A DNA stretch of 63,817 nucleotides, the filler included. It is 7 parts of 7 records of this genome, joined end to end, with 100 filler letters (N's around TTAATTAATTAA, not from the genome) between each part and the next. Parts side by side here need not be neighbours in the genome. Positions count along the whole stretch, not along the records: positions 18,040 to 29,223 come from SRR20825019_2969; 6 more parts are not named here. The stretch is one strand, 5' to 3'. Both the position numbers and the translations under genes were made by a program. The notes beneath the pieces are model-generated. The model had not been told where the DNA came from, searched no databases, and saw only the letters and a program-made list of their open reading frames with translations. This document shows positions 19,444 through 29,181 of this stretch, in pieces. Every line of letters starts with the position of its first letter. The stretch's first letter is position 1.

Positions 19444-21506
19444 TATTTTTCGGTGAATTTCAACTCGATCCGCCGGTTTTGCGCCCGCGCCTCGTCGGTG
19501 TCGGCGGTGTTCACCGGTTGATACTGCCCGAAGCCGTTGGCCGACAGCCGGTCCGGGGGGATACCCAGGAAATTCACCATGTATTTCACCACTGACAGCG
19601 CCCGTGCCTGGCTGAGCTCCCAGTTGTCGGCAAATGCGCCCTGACCGGACAGCGGTGTGTTGTCCGTATGCCCGTCCACGCGAATGACCCAATTGATCTC
19701 GGGGGGAATGTCGCTCACCACGCTGCGCAGAATCGCCGCGATCTTGGAAAGCTCTCGCTGCCCGTCCGCGGACAGGTTCGCAGCACCGGGCGGGAACAGC
19801 ACCTCGGAGGAGAATACGAACCGGTCGCCTTCGATCCGCACGCCTTCCTGATTGCCCAGAACATCCCGCAACCGGCCAAAGAACTCCGAGCGGTATTTCT
19901 CCAGATCCTGCGCCGCTGCTTCCAACCGCTTGCGCTCTTGTTCTTCCAGCACGCGGCGGCGGCGTTCTTCGGCGGCAACCCGTGCCAGTGCGGTGTTCAG
20001 ATCCTGACCCAGCGACAACAATTCGACCTGTGCCGCCTCGTCCCGAGTCTTGGCGTCGTCCAGCAAGGCCTGCAATTGCCCCAACTGCGACCGGAGCGCC
20101 GCAACCTGCTGGTTCAGCACCTCGGTCTGCCGCTGGGCCGCTGCGGATTTTTCCTGTTCCTCCGCCAGCTTGTCCCGCGCTGTCTGCAACAGGGCTGCGC
20201 GACGTTCGGCGTCGGTCATTGTCTCGTCGATGGCATTTTCGGCAGCCAGCTTTGCTGCCAGTGCCGCCGCCAATTGCGCCCGCACCTCGGCCGCGTCGGC
20301 GTTCAGCGTCTGCGCGTCGGCCTCGGCTGCCAGCTTTGCGGCCAAGTCCGCCTCAAGCTGGGTGCGCAAATCGGCGCTGGTCGCCTGGGCATCCTCCGCG
20401 CGGGCTGTCTGTGTGGTCACATCCGCCAGCGCCGCCGCAAGCCGCGCGCGCAGGTCCTGAGTTTCGGCGCTGCCCGCTTCGATGGTGGCCTGCGCCACGT
20501 CCAATTGACCCTGAAGCGCCGAAATCTGCCCTTCCAACGCATCCTTTTGTGCGGTCAGCGCCTGCTGCTGGGTCGCCAGTTCCTGCACGGTGCTGTCGGT
20601 GCCCTCGGCCTGCCCTTTCAAGGTTTCCACCTGCAACAGCGCCGCCACCAGTTGTGTGTCCAGATCCGCCTCGGCGGCACGGGCTGCGGCCAGCATGGTC
20701 AGCGTTTCCTCGGCTTTCTTGCGCTGCGCCTCCAGTGCCAGCGTCATCGAGGTCAGCTCGGCATCCGCCTCTTTCAGGCGTTCGCGCAGCAATCGGGCGG
20801 CTTCGGCCTCGGCCAGCTTCGCCGCCTCTTCCTCGCTCAGCGCTGCCTGCGCCTGATCCAGTTGCGTGTTCAGGCCTGCCAGTTGCTCATTGGCTTCGGC
20901 ATTCCGGGCGCGCAGATCCGCAACCAGCGCATCCAGTGCCTCGCGCCGCGATGCGGCCAGCCGCGCCTCCTCGGCACCGGCGTCGATCTCGTCGCGCGCC
21001 TGCGCCAGCGCCAGGTTCAACGCCTCTTGTTCGGACAACAATCGGGTCTGTTCGGCTTGCAAATCGGCCACCGCCGCCTGCGCCTGATCCCGGTCCGCCA
21101 GCAGGGCTGCGACCTGGGCTTCAAAACTTGTGATCCGTGTCTGCGCCGCCGCCAGTTCGCTGGCCTGCGCATCGCGTTCCTGCGTCAGTGACGCGATCAG
21201 CGCCGCCTGATCCGACACCTCTTGCTGCGCATCGCTCAGGGTTGCAGACAGCGCCGAGAGCCGCGCATCCAGCCGGTCGCCCCGCTGTTCCTCCAGCCCG
21301 AGCGCCTGCGCCAGGGCCGCAACTTCACCGGCCAGCGCGTCCAGTTCGCTTTCCTGCCCCGAAATGGTTTCGCGCAGCACGTATTGCACCACCATGAAAA
21401 TGGTCAGCACAAACATCAGCACCAGCAACAGGCCGGTCATTGCATCGACGAAACCGGGCCAGATCGACGCCTGAAACCGTGATCCCGTGCGCCGCGACAG
21501 GGCCAT
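19443..21506 (-). CDS. MotB/OmpA-like peptidoglycan-binding membrane protein with a long coiled coil
   Basis: N-terminal TM IWPGFVDAM; ~500 aa Ala/Glu/Gln-rich coil; OmpA domain GHTD, NWELSQARA, NRRIE. Confidence 0.88.
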   Translation of the reverse strand: MALSRRTGSRFQASIWPGFVDAMTGLLLVLMFVLTIFMVVQYVLRETISGQESELDALAGEVAALAQALGLEEQRGDRLDARLSALSATLSDAQQEVSDQAALIASLTQERDAQASELAAAQTRITSFEAQVAALLADRDQAQAAVADLQAEQTRLLSEQEALNLALAQARDEIDAGAEEARLAASRREALDALVADLRARNAEANEQLAGLNTQLDQAQAALSEEEAAKLAEAEAARLLRERLKEADAELTSMTLALEAQRKKAEETLTMLAAARAAEADLDTQLVAALLQVETLKGQAEGTDSTVQELATQQQALTAQKDALEGQISALQGQLDVAQATIEAGSAETQDLRARLAAALADVTTQTARAEDAQATSADLRTQLEADLAAKLAAEADAQTLNADAAEVRAQLAAALAAKLAAENAIDETMTDAERRAALLQTARDKLAEEQEKSAAAQRQTEVLNQQVAALRSQLGQLQALLDDAKTRDEAAQVELLSLGQDLNTALARVAAEERRRRVLEEQERKRLEAAAQDLEKYRSEFFGRLRDVLGNQEGVRIEGDRFVFSSEVLFPPGAANLSADGQRELSKIAAILRSVVSDIPPEINWVIRVDGHTDNTPLSGQGAFADNWELSQARALSVVKYMVNFLGIPPDRLSANGFGQYQPVNTADTDEARAQNRRIELKFTEK

Positions 21507-22720
21507 CAGCCGTCACCCTTGATGTTTCCCGCCCCGCCCTGGGACCCGCGCCCACGATTGCCACGATTGCCACCGCGCGACTGCGCCAGTGCCTGTGTGA
21601 GCCCGGCAAGGTCGCTGCGCAATTCGGCCATGCTTTCCTGACGGCCTGCGGAAATCTCTTCGAGAATACGCAGCATCTGCACGTCGATCGACCGCAGACG
21701 CATCCGGCTTTCGGCATCAATCCCGTCGCCGCCGCCTTGGGCTTCGAAATGCGCAATCAGCCGTTCCTGCCCCGCAGCCACCCGCTCCAGCGCCGAATTT
21801 TCGGGGTCGCCGTGCTGCATCTGCCGGGTCATGCCGTGAATGGCCTCCACCAGCATCCCCAGCTTTTCGTCCACCACGGTCCGCGAAATGTCAGACTGGG
21901 TGAACATCTGTTGCAGGGTTTCCATCTGCTCGGCAAGATGGTCGATCACGCCCGCCATCACGGGCGCATCGCCCCCGGCCTCTTCGCCCGAGGCAAAGCT
22001 GACCCGCGTGATCGAACTCAGCCATTCTTCCAGTTCGCGGTAAAACCGGTTCTGTCCGTGCCCCGCGAACAGCTCGAGCAATCCGACAATCAACGATCCC
22101 GCCAGCCCCAGAAGGGACGAACCAAAGGCCACTCCCATACCGCTCAGCTGGGAATCCAGCCCGTCCATAAGGCGACCAAACACGTCCACACCCGCGTCGC
22201 CCTCTTGCGGGGCAAGGCTGCGAATGGTGTCGACCAGCGCGGGAACGGTGGTTGCCAAGCCGTAGAACGTTCCCAAAAGGCCAAGGAAAATCAGAAGGTT
22301 GACGATATATCGCGTGATCTCTCGCGCCTCGTCGACGCGCGTGGCGACCGAATCCAGAATAGACCGCGTGGACGAGGACGACACCTGCATCCGTGCGCCG
22401 CGCGTGCGCAACAGGGACGCCAGTGGCGCCAGCAATTGCGGCGGCTTGTCGTCACCGTCCTGCGTATCGCCGACAAAGCCTTCGATCCAGCGCACCGACC
22501 CGATCAGCTGGAACACCTGCCAAAAGCAGGCGACGACACCGATCAGAAAGACAAAAAAGATGAACCCGTTCAGATAGGGGTTGGCCTCGAACACAGGCAA
22601 TACGCTGGGCGCCGCGACGAACACCATCGCCGCGCTCAGGGCGATTACCATCAGCATCAGTGCGATCTGCCGCACCGGCTGGGAAAATTGCGGCCGCGCT
22701 TCGCGGTCCATCTGCGACAT
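21506..22720 (-). CDS. MotA/TolQ/ExbB-family membrane protein
   Basis: LIFLGLLGTFYGL and GMGVAFGSSLLGL helices; 1-nt overlap with the MotB-like gene. Confidence 0.85.
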   Translation of the reverse strand: MSQMDREARPQFSQPVRQIALMLMVIALSAAMVFVAAPSVLPVFEANPYLNGFIFFVFLIGVVACFWQVFQLIGSVRWIEGFVGDTQDGDDKPPQLLAPLASLLRTRGARMQVSSSSTRSILDSVATRVDEAREITRYIVNLLIFLGLLGTFYGLATTVPALVDTIRSLAPQEGDAGVDVFGRLMDGLDSQLSGMGVAFGSSLLGLAGSLIVGLLELFAGHGQNRFYRELEEWLSSITRVSFASGEEAGGDAPVMAGVIDHLAEQMETLQQMFTQSDISRTVVDEKLGMLVEAIHGMTRQMQHGDPENSALERVAAGQERLIAHFEAQGGGDGIDAESRMRLRSIDVQMLRILEEISAGRQESMAELRSDLAGLTQALAQSRGGNRGNRGRGSQGGAGNIKGDG

Positions 22721-22792
22721 GCGCCCGGGTCCTTGCCCTAGTTTACTGCTCTGCAGCAACGATAACGAAGAATGCCCGACAAGGCCAAGGGA

Positions 22793-23323
22793 TTATGCAC
22801 AGATTGCCCGCACACGCGCCGCCAACCAGTCCAGATCGGCATCTTGCAGCCCGATCTGGTTCAAATGATCGGCAGTGTTGAAAAGATATTCTGTGTTGGG
22901 GCCACGCCCGCCCACTGCCTTGGCGATGATCTGCGCCTGTTCTTCCAGCGGCAGGCCGCCACAATACTGGTCGTGTTCGGCGTCGATGATATAGGCGACG
23001 GCATCGACCACGCGCCCGTCCACCAATTGCAAGGACACGGTTGCCTCATAATAGGCCGACGAAATCAGCTCGCGGGCGCGCAGATACTCCAGCGTCGCCT
23101 CTTCTGCGCCCGCCTCGACCTCCATTGCGATGCCTTCGCAAGAGGCCGGCGGCACCGCGTCCAGCGCCAGCACCAGCCCCGGTTCCGCTTCCGTGCCTCG
23201 GTGATGGATCGAGCGCATACAAAACGACCGCTGATAGCCTTTCAGCCGTGCGACAACCCGATCAGCCACCGGAAAACCGGGGTTCCAAAGCAAGCTGCCA
23301 TAGCCAAAAACCCACATCGTCAT
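22793..23323 (-). CDS. chaC: ChaC-family gamma-glutamylcyclotransferase
   Basis: MWVFGYGSLLW, HRGT..PGLVL, YLRARE, GPNTEYL. Confidence 0.92.
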   Translation of the reverse strand: MTMWVFGYGSLLWNPGFPVADRVVARLKGYQRSFCMRSIHHRGTEAEPGLVLALDAVPPASCEGIAMEVEAGAEEATLEYLRARELISSAYYEATVSLQLVDGRVVDAVAYIIDAEHDQYCGGLPLEEQAQIIAKAVGGRGPNTEYLFNTADHLNQIGLQDADLDWLAARVRAICA

Positions 23324-23404
23324 CGACACTGTCCCCTTTGTCTTTGTCGCAGGCCGGTAAACCCGATTCGCCCATCCAATGAAAGCCGCGCCCCGGACCG
23401 CCCC

Positions 23405-23462
23405 CTTCTTTTGGCCAAAAATATCCTGGGGGAGCCGCATCCGCGGCGGGGGCAAAGCCCCC
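23405..23462 (+). repeat. Dispersed palindromic element, copy B
   Basis: CTTCTTTTGGCCAAAAATATCCTGGGGG, hairpin GCCGC-ATCC-GCGGC, hairpin GGGGGC-AAA-GCCCCC. Confidence 0.65.
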
Positions 23463-23469
23463 GAACACC

Positions 23470-24279
23470 CTAGCGGCAATAAGATCCGCTGCGATAGCGC
23501 GCCGTGTCAAAGTGCAGGTGGTCGCGGTGATAGCCGTCCGAACCGGGGCCCAGAACCGTGCCAAAAGTCCCACAGGCCCCCGCGTGCATCTCGCGCAGCG
23601 CCTTGCCGTGGCGGCGGGAGTTCCACCCTTCCAGCACGCTGACAATTTCGCCGCTCTGCAATTGAAAGCCCGAGATATCGATCGCCCGGCCCTTGCCATG
23701 TTCGGACACTTTCGCGCCGGGCTGATTGTTGCGCGTGCGACAGGTGTAATGCGCGGCGACGCGGTAACCCGTCAGACCGCCCAGACGCGCCAGCGCCGGT
23801 TTCGCGCTGCGCTCGGTCCATGTTTTCAACGCCTTGGCCGTTGCGCAATCCATCACCGCCTCCTGGCTCAGCGCGATGCCGGAGACCGATCTCAGTTTGA
23901 TGGCCTCGCCGATGCCACAGGCCGCTATCGGGCCCGGCACGGGGCCGAGATAGGTGCCTTGCAAGTCGACATCACCACAGACCGCCCCTTTGGCGCGTTG
24001 GCGTTTCTTTGCCATGGCCTTTTGCTCAAGCGATCTGGGCCGCACGGAAGGGCGTAATGCCGACAGAGGACCAGCGAATGACGCAGCCGACGCCAGATGC
24101 ACCGCGCTTTGGTCCGGCTGTAGCAGGATCACCCCGGAACGGGCCACCACGGGCTGTGCGGTTGCCGCAGGCAGCGAAACGGCCGCGCGGGGCATTGGGC
24201 GAAGCGATTTTTTGGGCGCTTGCGCTGCCGCAGCCGTGGCCAGACACAGGGCCAACACGACTGTCAGCCCCGCCTTCAT
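23470..24279 (-). CDS. Extensin-like C-terminal domain protein (M15-like Zn motif), exported
   Basis: Signal peptide; YTCRTRN, SEHGKGRAID, VLGP, HRDHLHFD; ATGA overlap with tyrA. Confidence 0.85.
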   Translation of the reverse strand: MKAGLTVVLALCLATAAAAQAPKKSLRPMPRAAVSLPAATAQPVVARSGVILLQPDQSAVHLASAASFAGPLSALRPSVRPRSLEQKAMAKKRQRAKGAVCGDVDLQGTYLGPVPGPIAACGIGEAIKLRSVSGIALSQEAVMDCATAKALKTWTERSAKPALARLGGLTGYRVAAHYTCRTRNNQPGAKVSEHGKGRAIDISGFQLQSGEIVSVLEGWNSRRHGKALREMHAGACGTFGTVLGPGSDGYHRDHLHFDTARYRSGSYCR

Positions 24280-25217
24280 GATTTGCCGACCTGCGGCGTG
24301 CGGCCAAAGTCCGGCGCATCGGTGTCCTGTCCCGCTTCGATGATACCGCGCCGGATCGCGCGGGTGCGGGTGAAATAGTCGAACAAATGGTCGCCGTCGC
24401 CGGTGCGGATGGCGCGTTGCAGCGCGAACAGCTCTTCGGTGAAGCGCCCCAGAATCTCCAGCGTCGCGTCCTTGTTGGTCAGGAACACATCCCGCCACAT
24501 GGTCGGGTCGGATGCAGCAATGCGGGTAAAGTCCCGAAAGCCGGCGGCAGAGTACTTGATGACTTCACCATCGGTCACGCGGCCCAGATCATCGGCCACG
24601 CCCACCATCGTGTAGGCGATCAGGTGCGGTGTATGCGATGTGACAGCCAGCACCAGATCGTGGTGGTCGGCGTCCATTTCCTCGACATTCGAACCGATAC
24701 CCTCCCACAGTGTGCGCAGGCGCGCGGTGGCTTTCGGGTCAGTCCCCTCGACCGGGACCAGCAGGCACCAACGGTTGTCGAACAAGGTTGCAAAGCCCGA
24801 TTCCGGTCCTGAATGTTCGGTCCCAGCCAGCGGGTGACCGGGAATAAAGTGTACGCCTTCGGGTAAATGCGGGCCGACGCTTTCAATCACGCTGCGCTTG
24901 ACCGAACCTACGTCGGTTACGGTTGCACCCTTGGCCAGATGCGGCGCAATCTCGGCGGCAACGGCGGCCATCGCCCCCACGGGTACGGCCAGCACCACCA
25001 GATCGGCACCCTCGACCGCTTCGGCGGCGGTGTCGCACACACGATCCGTCAGCCCGATACGGCGCGCGGTGTCGCGGGTGGCCTGGCTGCGGGCATAGCC
25101 CGTTACCTCGGCCGCCAACCCGCCGCGCCGGATCGCCCAGAACATCGACGAGGCGATCAGCCCGAGACCGATCAGCGCAATGCGGTTGTAGACAGGGGCC
25201 TGTGCAACACCGGTCAT
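24276..25217 (-). CDS. tyrA: Prephenate/arogenate (cyclohexadienyl) dehydrogenase
   Basis: [21 protein letters not shown]...[14 protein letters not shown]. Confidence 0.93.
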   Translation of the reverse strand: MTGVAQAPVYNRIALIGLGLIASSMFWAIRRGGLAAEVTGYARSQATRDTARRIGLTDRVCDTAAEAVEGADLVVLAVPVGAMAAVAAEIAPHLAKGATVTDVGSVKRSVIESVGPHLPEGVHFIPGHPLAGTEHSGPESGFATLFDNRWCLLVPVEGTDPKATARLRTLWEGIGSNVEEMDADHHDLVLAVTSHTPHLIAYTMVGVADDLGRVTDGEVIKYSAAGFRDFTRIAASDPTMWRDVFLTNKDATLEILGRFTEELFALQRAIRTGDGDHLFDYFTRTRAIRRGIIEAGQDTDAPDFGRTPQVGKS

Positions 25218-26305
25218 GCGCTTTTGCTTTCTTTGAACTGACGCACTGCGTGCACGACGCGGCGGCAGGCGCTTTCATCGCCGACAGTGATGCGCAGCGC
25301 GGCCGGCAGTTTATAGCCCGCCACACGGCGCACGATCAGCCCTTGGGTCTGCAGCCACGCATCGCAGGCGTTGGCCTCGTCGGCGCTGCCGAAACGGGCC
25401 AGCACAAAATTGGCGTGGCTCACGTCCGAGGGCACACCCAAGGCTGCCAGCCCTTCGGCCAGAATGGTGCGGCAACGGGCGTTTTCACTGCGGCAGTGGT
25501 CGGCATAGGCCACGTCGCGCACCGCCGCCTCGGCGGTGTCCAGCGCCGCCTGGCTGACGTTGAACGGACCGCGCACACGGTTCAGCACGTCGATCACATG
25601 GGCCGGACCATAGCCCCAACCAATGCGCAACCCGCCCAGTCCGTACAGTTTCGAGAACGTGCGGGTCATCACGACGTTCTGGCGGCTGTCCACCAGCGAC
25701 GCCCCGCCATCATAGCCTTCGACGTAATCGGCATAGGCCCCGTCCAGCACCAGCAGCGCCTGTTTCGGCAGGCCGTCCGCCAGACGCGCGATTTCCGTGT
25801 CCGCGATCATGGTGCCGGTGGGGTTGTTGGGGTTGGCGATGAACACCAGCCGCGTCTTTTTGGTGCAGGCCGCCAACAGAGCATCGACATCGGTGACGCG
25901 GTCGGCTTCCAGCACTTCGACCGGTGTCGCCCCTGCTGCCTTTGCGCTGATGGAATACATGCCAAAGCCGTGGACGGTGTGCACGACCTCGGTGCCCGGC
26001 CCGGCATAGGCGTTGCACAGAAACGCAATGATTTCGTCCGATCCTGCACCGCAAATGATCCGCTCGGCGTCGACACCGTGGACCTGCGCAAGGGCGGCGC
26101 GCAGAGACGCGTGGTCGGTCGACGGGTAGCGGTGCAACTGGTGGGATGCCCGGCGAAACGCCTCCATTGCCTTGTCGGACGGCCCCAGCGGGTTCTCGTT
26201 CGACGACAGCTTTACCGCGTTTTCCACGCCCGCCACATGGCTGGTGCCCCCCACGTATGGGTCGATGGACATGATGCCGGGTTGTGGCGCAATCGCTTGG
26301 GTCAT
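25214..26305 (-). CDS. hisC: Histidinol-phosphate aminotransferase
   Basis: [31 protein letters not shown]. Confidence 0.95.
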   Translation of the reverse strand: MTQAIAPQPGIMSIDPYVGGTSHVAGVENAVKLSSNENPLGPSDKAMEAFRRASHQLHRYPSTDHASLRAALAQVHGVDAERIICGAGSDEIIAFLCNAYAGPGTEVVHTVHGFGMYSISAKAAGATPVEVLEADRVTDVDALLAACTKKTRLVFIANPNNPTGTMIADTEIARLADGLPKQALLVLDGAYADYVEGYDGGASLVDSRQNVVMTRTFSKLYGLGGLRIGWGYGPAHVIDVLNRVRGPFNVSQAALDTAEAAVRDVAYADHCRSENARCRTILAEGLAALGVPSDVSHANFVLARFGSADEANACDAWLQTQGLIVRRVAGYKLPAALRITVGDESACRRVVHAVRQFKESKSA

Positions 26306-26430
26306 GGGTTGGCTCCTTCGGAGGTTGTTTTAGCGAGGCAAACGCGCCTGCGCCATGCTCTTTTGCGGCTGCGGAAGTTTGCCAACGCCAGTGTGTCCTA
26401 ACGTCCTTTGTGTTGCGCCGCCAGCGCGCA

Positions 26431-26445
26431 GAACATAAAGTGAAC
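26431..26445 (+). promoter_or_regulatory. Alphaproteobacterial LexA (SOS) box
   Basis: GAAC-ATAAAGT-GAAC (GAAC-N7-GAAC) ending 2 nt before the radical-SAM ATG. Confidence 0.8.
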
Positions 26446-26447
26446 AA

Positions 26448-27680
26448 ATGGTTAAATCACTGTCAGAAAAACTCGCGATTCTCTCCGATGCGGCGCGCTA
26501 TGACGCCTCCTGCGCCTCGTCGGGGGGCACCAAACGCAACAGCCGCGACGGCACGGGGCTTGGCTCGAACGAAGGATCGGGAATTTGCCATGCCTATACG
26601 CCCGACGGGCGGTGCATCAGCCTGCTCAAGATCCTGATGACCAACTTTTGCATTTACGACTGTGCCTATTGCGTCAACCGCGTGTCCTCGAACACGCCCC
26701 GCGCCCGGTTTACCCCAGAAGAGGTCGTGTCGCTGACCATCGAATTCTATCGCCGCAACTATATCGAAGGGCTATTCTTGTCCTCGGGCATCATCCAGTC
26801 GCCGGACAAGACGATGGAGGACATGGTCCAGATCGCCCGCCTGCTGCGCACGCGCGAGAATTTTCGCGGCTATATCCACCTGAAAACCATTCCCGACGCG
26901 GCGCCCGAACTGATCGCGGCTGCAGGCCTCTACGCTGACCGGCTGTCGATCAACGTCGAGCTTCCGACCGAGGCTGCGGTGGCCGCCTATGCGCCCGAAA
27001 AGAACCCCGCGACCATCCGTGCCGCGATGCAGGATGTCAAAGCCGGGCGCGCCGCGTCAAAGGATCGTTCGCACAGCGGGAAACGCCCGCCAAAATTTGC
27101 CCCCGCCGGTCAATCAACGCAGATGATTGTCGGTGCGGACGGATCGAACGATGCCACCATTCTGGGCCAGGCCAACAGCCTGTACGGCAATTACGGGCTG
27201 AAGCGCGTGTATTATTCCGCCTTTTCCCCCATCCCCGACAGCAGTGCAAAGCTGCCGCTGGTGCAGCCGCCCCTGGTGCGTGAACACCGGTTGTATCAGG
27301 CCGACTGGCTGCTGCGCTTCTACGGCTTTTCGGTAGATGAAATCACCGGGGTGACGCAGGCGGGCAATCTGGATCTGGACATGGACCCCAAGCTGGCCTG
27401 GGCCATTGCACACCGCGGGCTGTTTCCGCTGGATGTGCAGCGGGCCTCGCGTGATTTGCTGCTGCGGGTGCCGGGGTTTGGTGTTCGTACGGTGAACCGT
27501 ATCCTCAGCACGCGCAGACACCGTGATCTGCGCTATGCCGATCTGCAACGCATGGGCGCGCTGCTGAAAAAGGCGCGGCCTTTCATCACCCTGCGCGACT
27601 GGTCGCCGGGGCGGCTGACCGACAGCGCCGACCTGCGCGCGCGCTTTGCCCCGCCCCCCGAACAGCTTAGCCTGTTCTGA
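26448..27680 (+). CDS. Putative DNA modification/repair radical SAM protein (TIGR03916-like)
   Basis: YDASCASSG, GICH, CIYDCAYC (CxxxCxxC), REHRLYQADWLLRFY, HhH LLRVPGFG. Confidence 0.92.
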   Translation: MVKSLSEKLAILSDAARYDASCASSGGTKRNSRDGTGLGSNEGSGICHAYTPDGRCISLLKILMTNFCIYDCAYCVNRVSSNTPRARFTPEEVVSLTIEFYRRNYIEGLFLSSGIIQSPDKTMEDMVQIARLLRTRENFRGYIHLKTIPDAAPELIAAAGLYADRLSINVELPTEAAVAAYAPEKNPATIRAAMQDVKAGRAASKDRSHSGKRPPKFAPAGQSTQMIVGADGSNDATILGQANSLYGNYGLKRVYYSAFSPIPDSSAKLPLVQPPLVREHRLYQADWLLRFYGFSVDEITGVTQAGNLDLDMDPKLAWAIAHRGLFPLDVQRASRDLLLRVPGFGVRTVNRILSTRRHRDLRYADLQRMGALLKKARPFITLRDWSPGRLTDSADLRARFAPPPEQLSLF

Positions 27681-29113
27681 TGCGCACCATCGCCCTGCCC
27701 CGCATCGGCACGGCCCAGGCCTGGCGCGACGCGGCGCGCGGGTTACTGGCAGAAGATGTGCGTCCCGAGGATGTGTTGTGGTCCTTTGACGATCCCGCAC
27801 AGGTGGACCTGTTCGCCGCCCAGCCGCGTCGCAAAACCACGCCCGCGCAGGTGACCGTGCCGAAATCCTTCGTCGACATGGCCAACCGCGTGGTCTGGCA
27901 CAGCGATGACGACCGCTTTGCCCGGCTTTTTGCGTTCCTGTGGCGGTTGCGGGATACGCCCGCCCTGATGCAGGATCGGGGCGACGCGCAACTGGCCCAT
28001 CTGCGCAGGCTGGAAAAGAACGTGAACCGCTGTGCGCACAAGATGAAGGCCTTTGTCCGCTTTCGCGATCTGAACGCCACAGGCCCCCGCCGCCGCTTTG
28101 CTGCCTGGTTCGAGCCGACGCATCACACGGTTGAGCCGACTGCCCCGTTTTTCGCAAAGCGGTTCGGCGACATGGACTGGATGATCGTCACGCCCGATGT
28201 CACCGCACGATTCGAGGATGGCCGCCTGAGCTTTGCGCCCGGTCAGGCGCGGCCCGATCTGCCCGAGGACGCGACCGAAGAGTTATGGGGCACCTATTTC
28301 TGCAATATCTTCAACCCCGCACGGGTCAAGGTGCAGGCGATGACCTCGGAGATGCCGCGCAAATACTGGAAGAACATGCCAGAAACCCGGCATATCCCGC
28401 AGCTGTTGGCCAACGCCGAGGCGCGCGCCCGTCAGATGCAAGAGGCCATGCCGACCCTGCCGCCGCTGCGGGCCGAACGGATCACCGCCAGCTTGGCCGA
28501 TCTGCGCGCCACCGCGACCCGCGACAGTCTGGAAACGGTGAACGCGCAAATCCGCGCCTGCACCCGATGCGCCCTGTGTCGCCCTGCCACACAGGCGGTG
28601 ACCGGCGAAGGGCCACGTGATGCTGCGCTGATGGTGGTGGGCGAACAGCCCGGCGATGTCGAGGATCGGACAGGGCGTCCCTTTGTCGGACCTGCGGGTC
28701 AGCTTTTTGACGAGATTGCAGCACAAGCAGGACTGGACCGGCAGGCAACCTATGTCACGAACGCTGTAAAACATTTCAAATTCCAGCAACGTGGCAAACG
28801 CCGGATGCACCAGTCGCCCAATCAGGGCGAGGTGCAGCATTGCAAATGGTGGCTCGAGGCCGAGGTGGCCTTGGTCAAGCCCAAGCTGATCCTGGCGATG
28901 GGAGGAACGGCACTGCTGGCACTGACCGGGACCAAGGATGGCATCCTGAAACGACGCGGGCAGATTGAGGATACGGCTTATGGGCCGGTTCTGGTGACGC
29001 TGCACCCGTCCTATCTGTTGCGTCTGCCGGACGCATCGCTGCGCGCGGCACAGACCGACCTGTTCCGCGCCGATCTGGTGCAGGCCGCGCAGAAGGCCCA
29101 ACTGGTTGCGTAA
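27680..29113 (+). CDS. Fusion of a TIGR03915/DUF4130 domain and a UdgX-type uracil-DNA glycosylase domain
   Basis: N-half HKMKAFVRF, EELWGTY, SEMPRKYWKNMPE; C-half CTRCALC, GEQPG, KRRMH, HPSYLLR. Confidence 0.9.
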   Translation: MRTIALPRIGTAQAWRDAARGLLAEDVRPEDVLWSFDDPAQVDLFAAQPRRKTTPAQVTVPKSFVDMANRVVWHSDDDRFARLFAFLWRLRDTPALMQDRGDAQLAHLRRLEKNVNRCAHKMKAFVRFRDLNATGPRRRFAAWFEPTHHTVEPTAPFFAKRFGDMDWMIVTPDVTARFEDGRLSFAPGQARPDLPEDATEELWGTYFCNIFNPARVKVQAMTSEMPRKYWKNMPETRHIPQLLANAEARARQMQEAMPTLPPLRAERITASLADLRATATRDSLETVNAQIRACTRCALCRPATQAVTGEGPRDAALMVVGEQPGDVEDRTGRPFVGPAGQLFDEIAAQAGLDRQATYVTNAVKHFKFQQRGKRRMHQSPNQGEVQHCKWWLEAEVALVKPKLILAMGGTALLALTGTKDGILKRRGQIEDTAYGPVLVTLHPSYLLRLPDASLRAAQTDLFRADLVQAAQKAQLVA

Positions 29114-29125
29114 AGGCTTGAATGC

Positions 29126-29155
29126 AAAAAGGCCGCGCTCGGGGCGCGGCCTTTT
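29126..29155. terminator. Bidirectional intrinsic terminator
   Basis: AAAAAGGCCGCGC...GCGCGGCCTTTT between convergent genes. Confidence 0.85.
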
Positions 29156-29181
29156 GTAAATCGTAGAACAGATCGAAGCGA

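Noticed and set aside
19443-22720. Zorya anti-phage system
   Set aside because: No ZorC/D/E-like genes, housekeeping context, and the very long coil is on the B subunit rather than a ZorA-type cytoplasmic tail.
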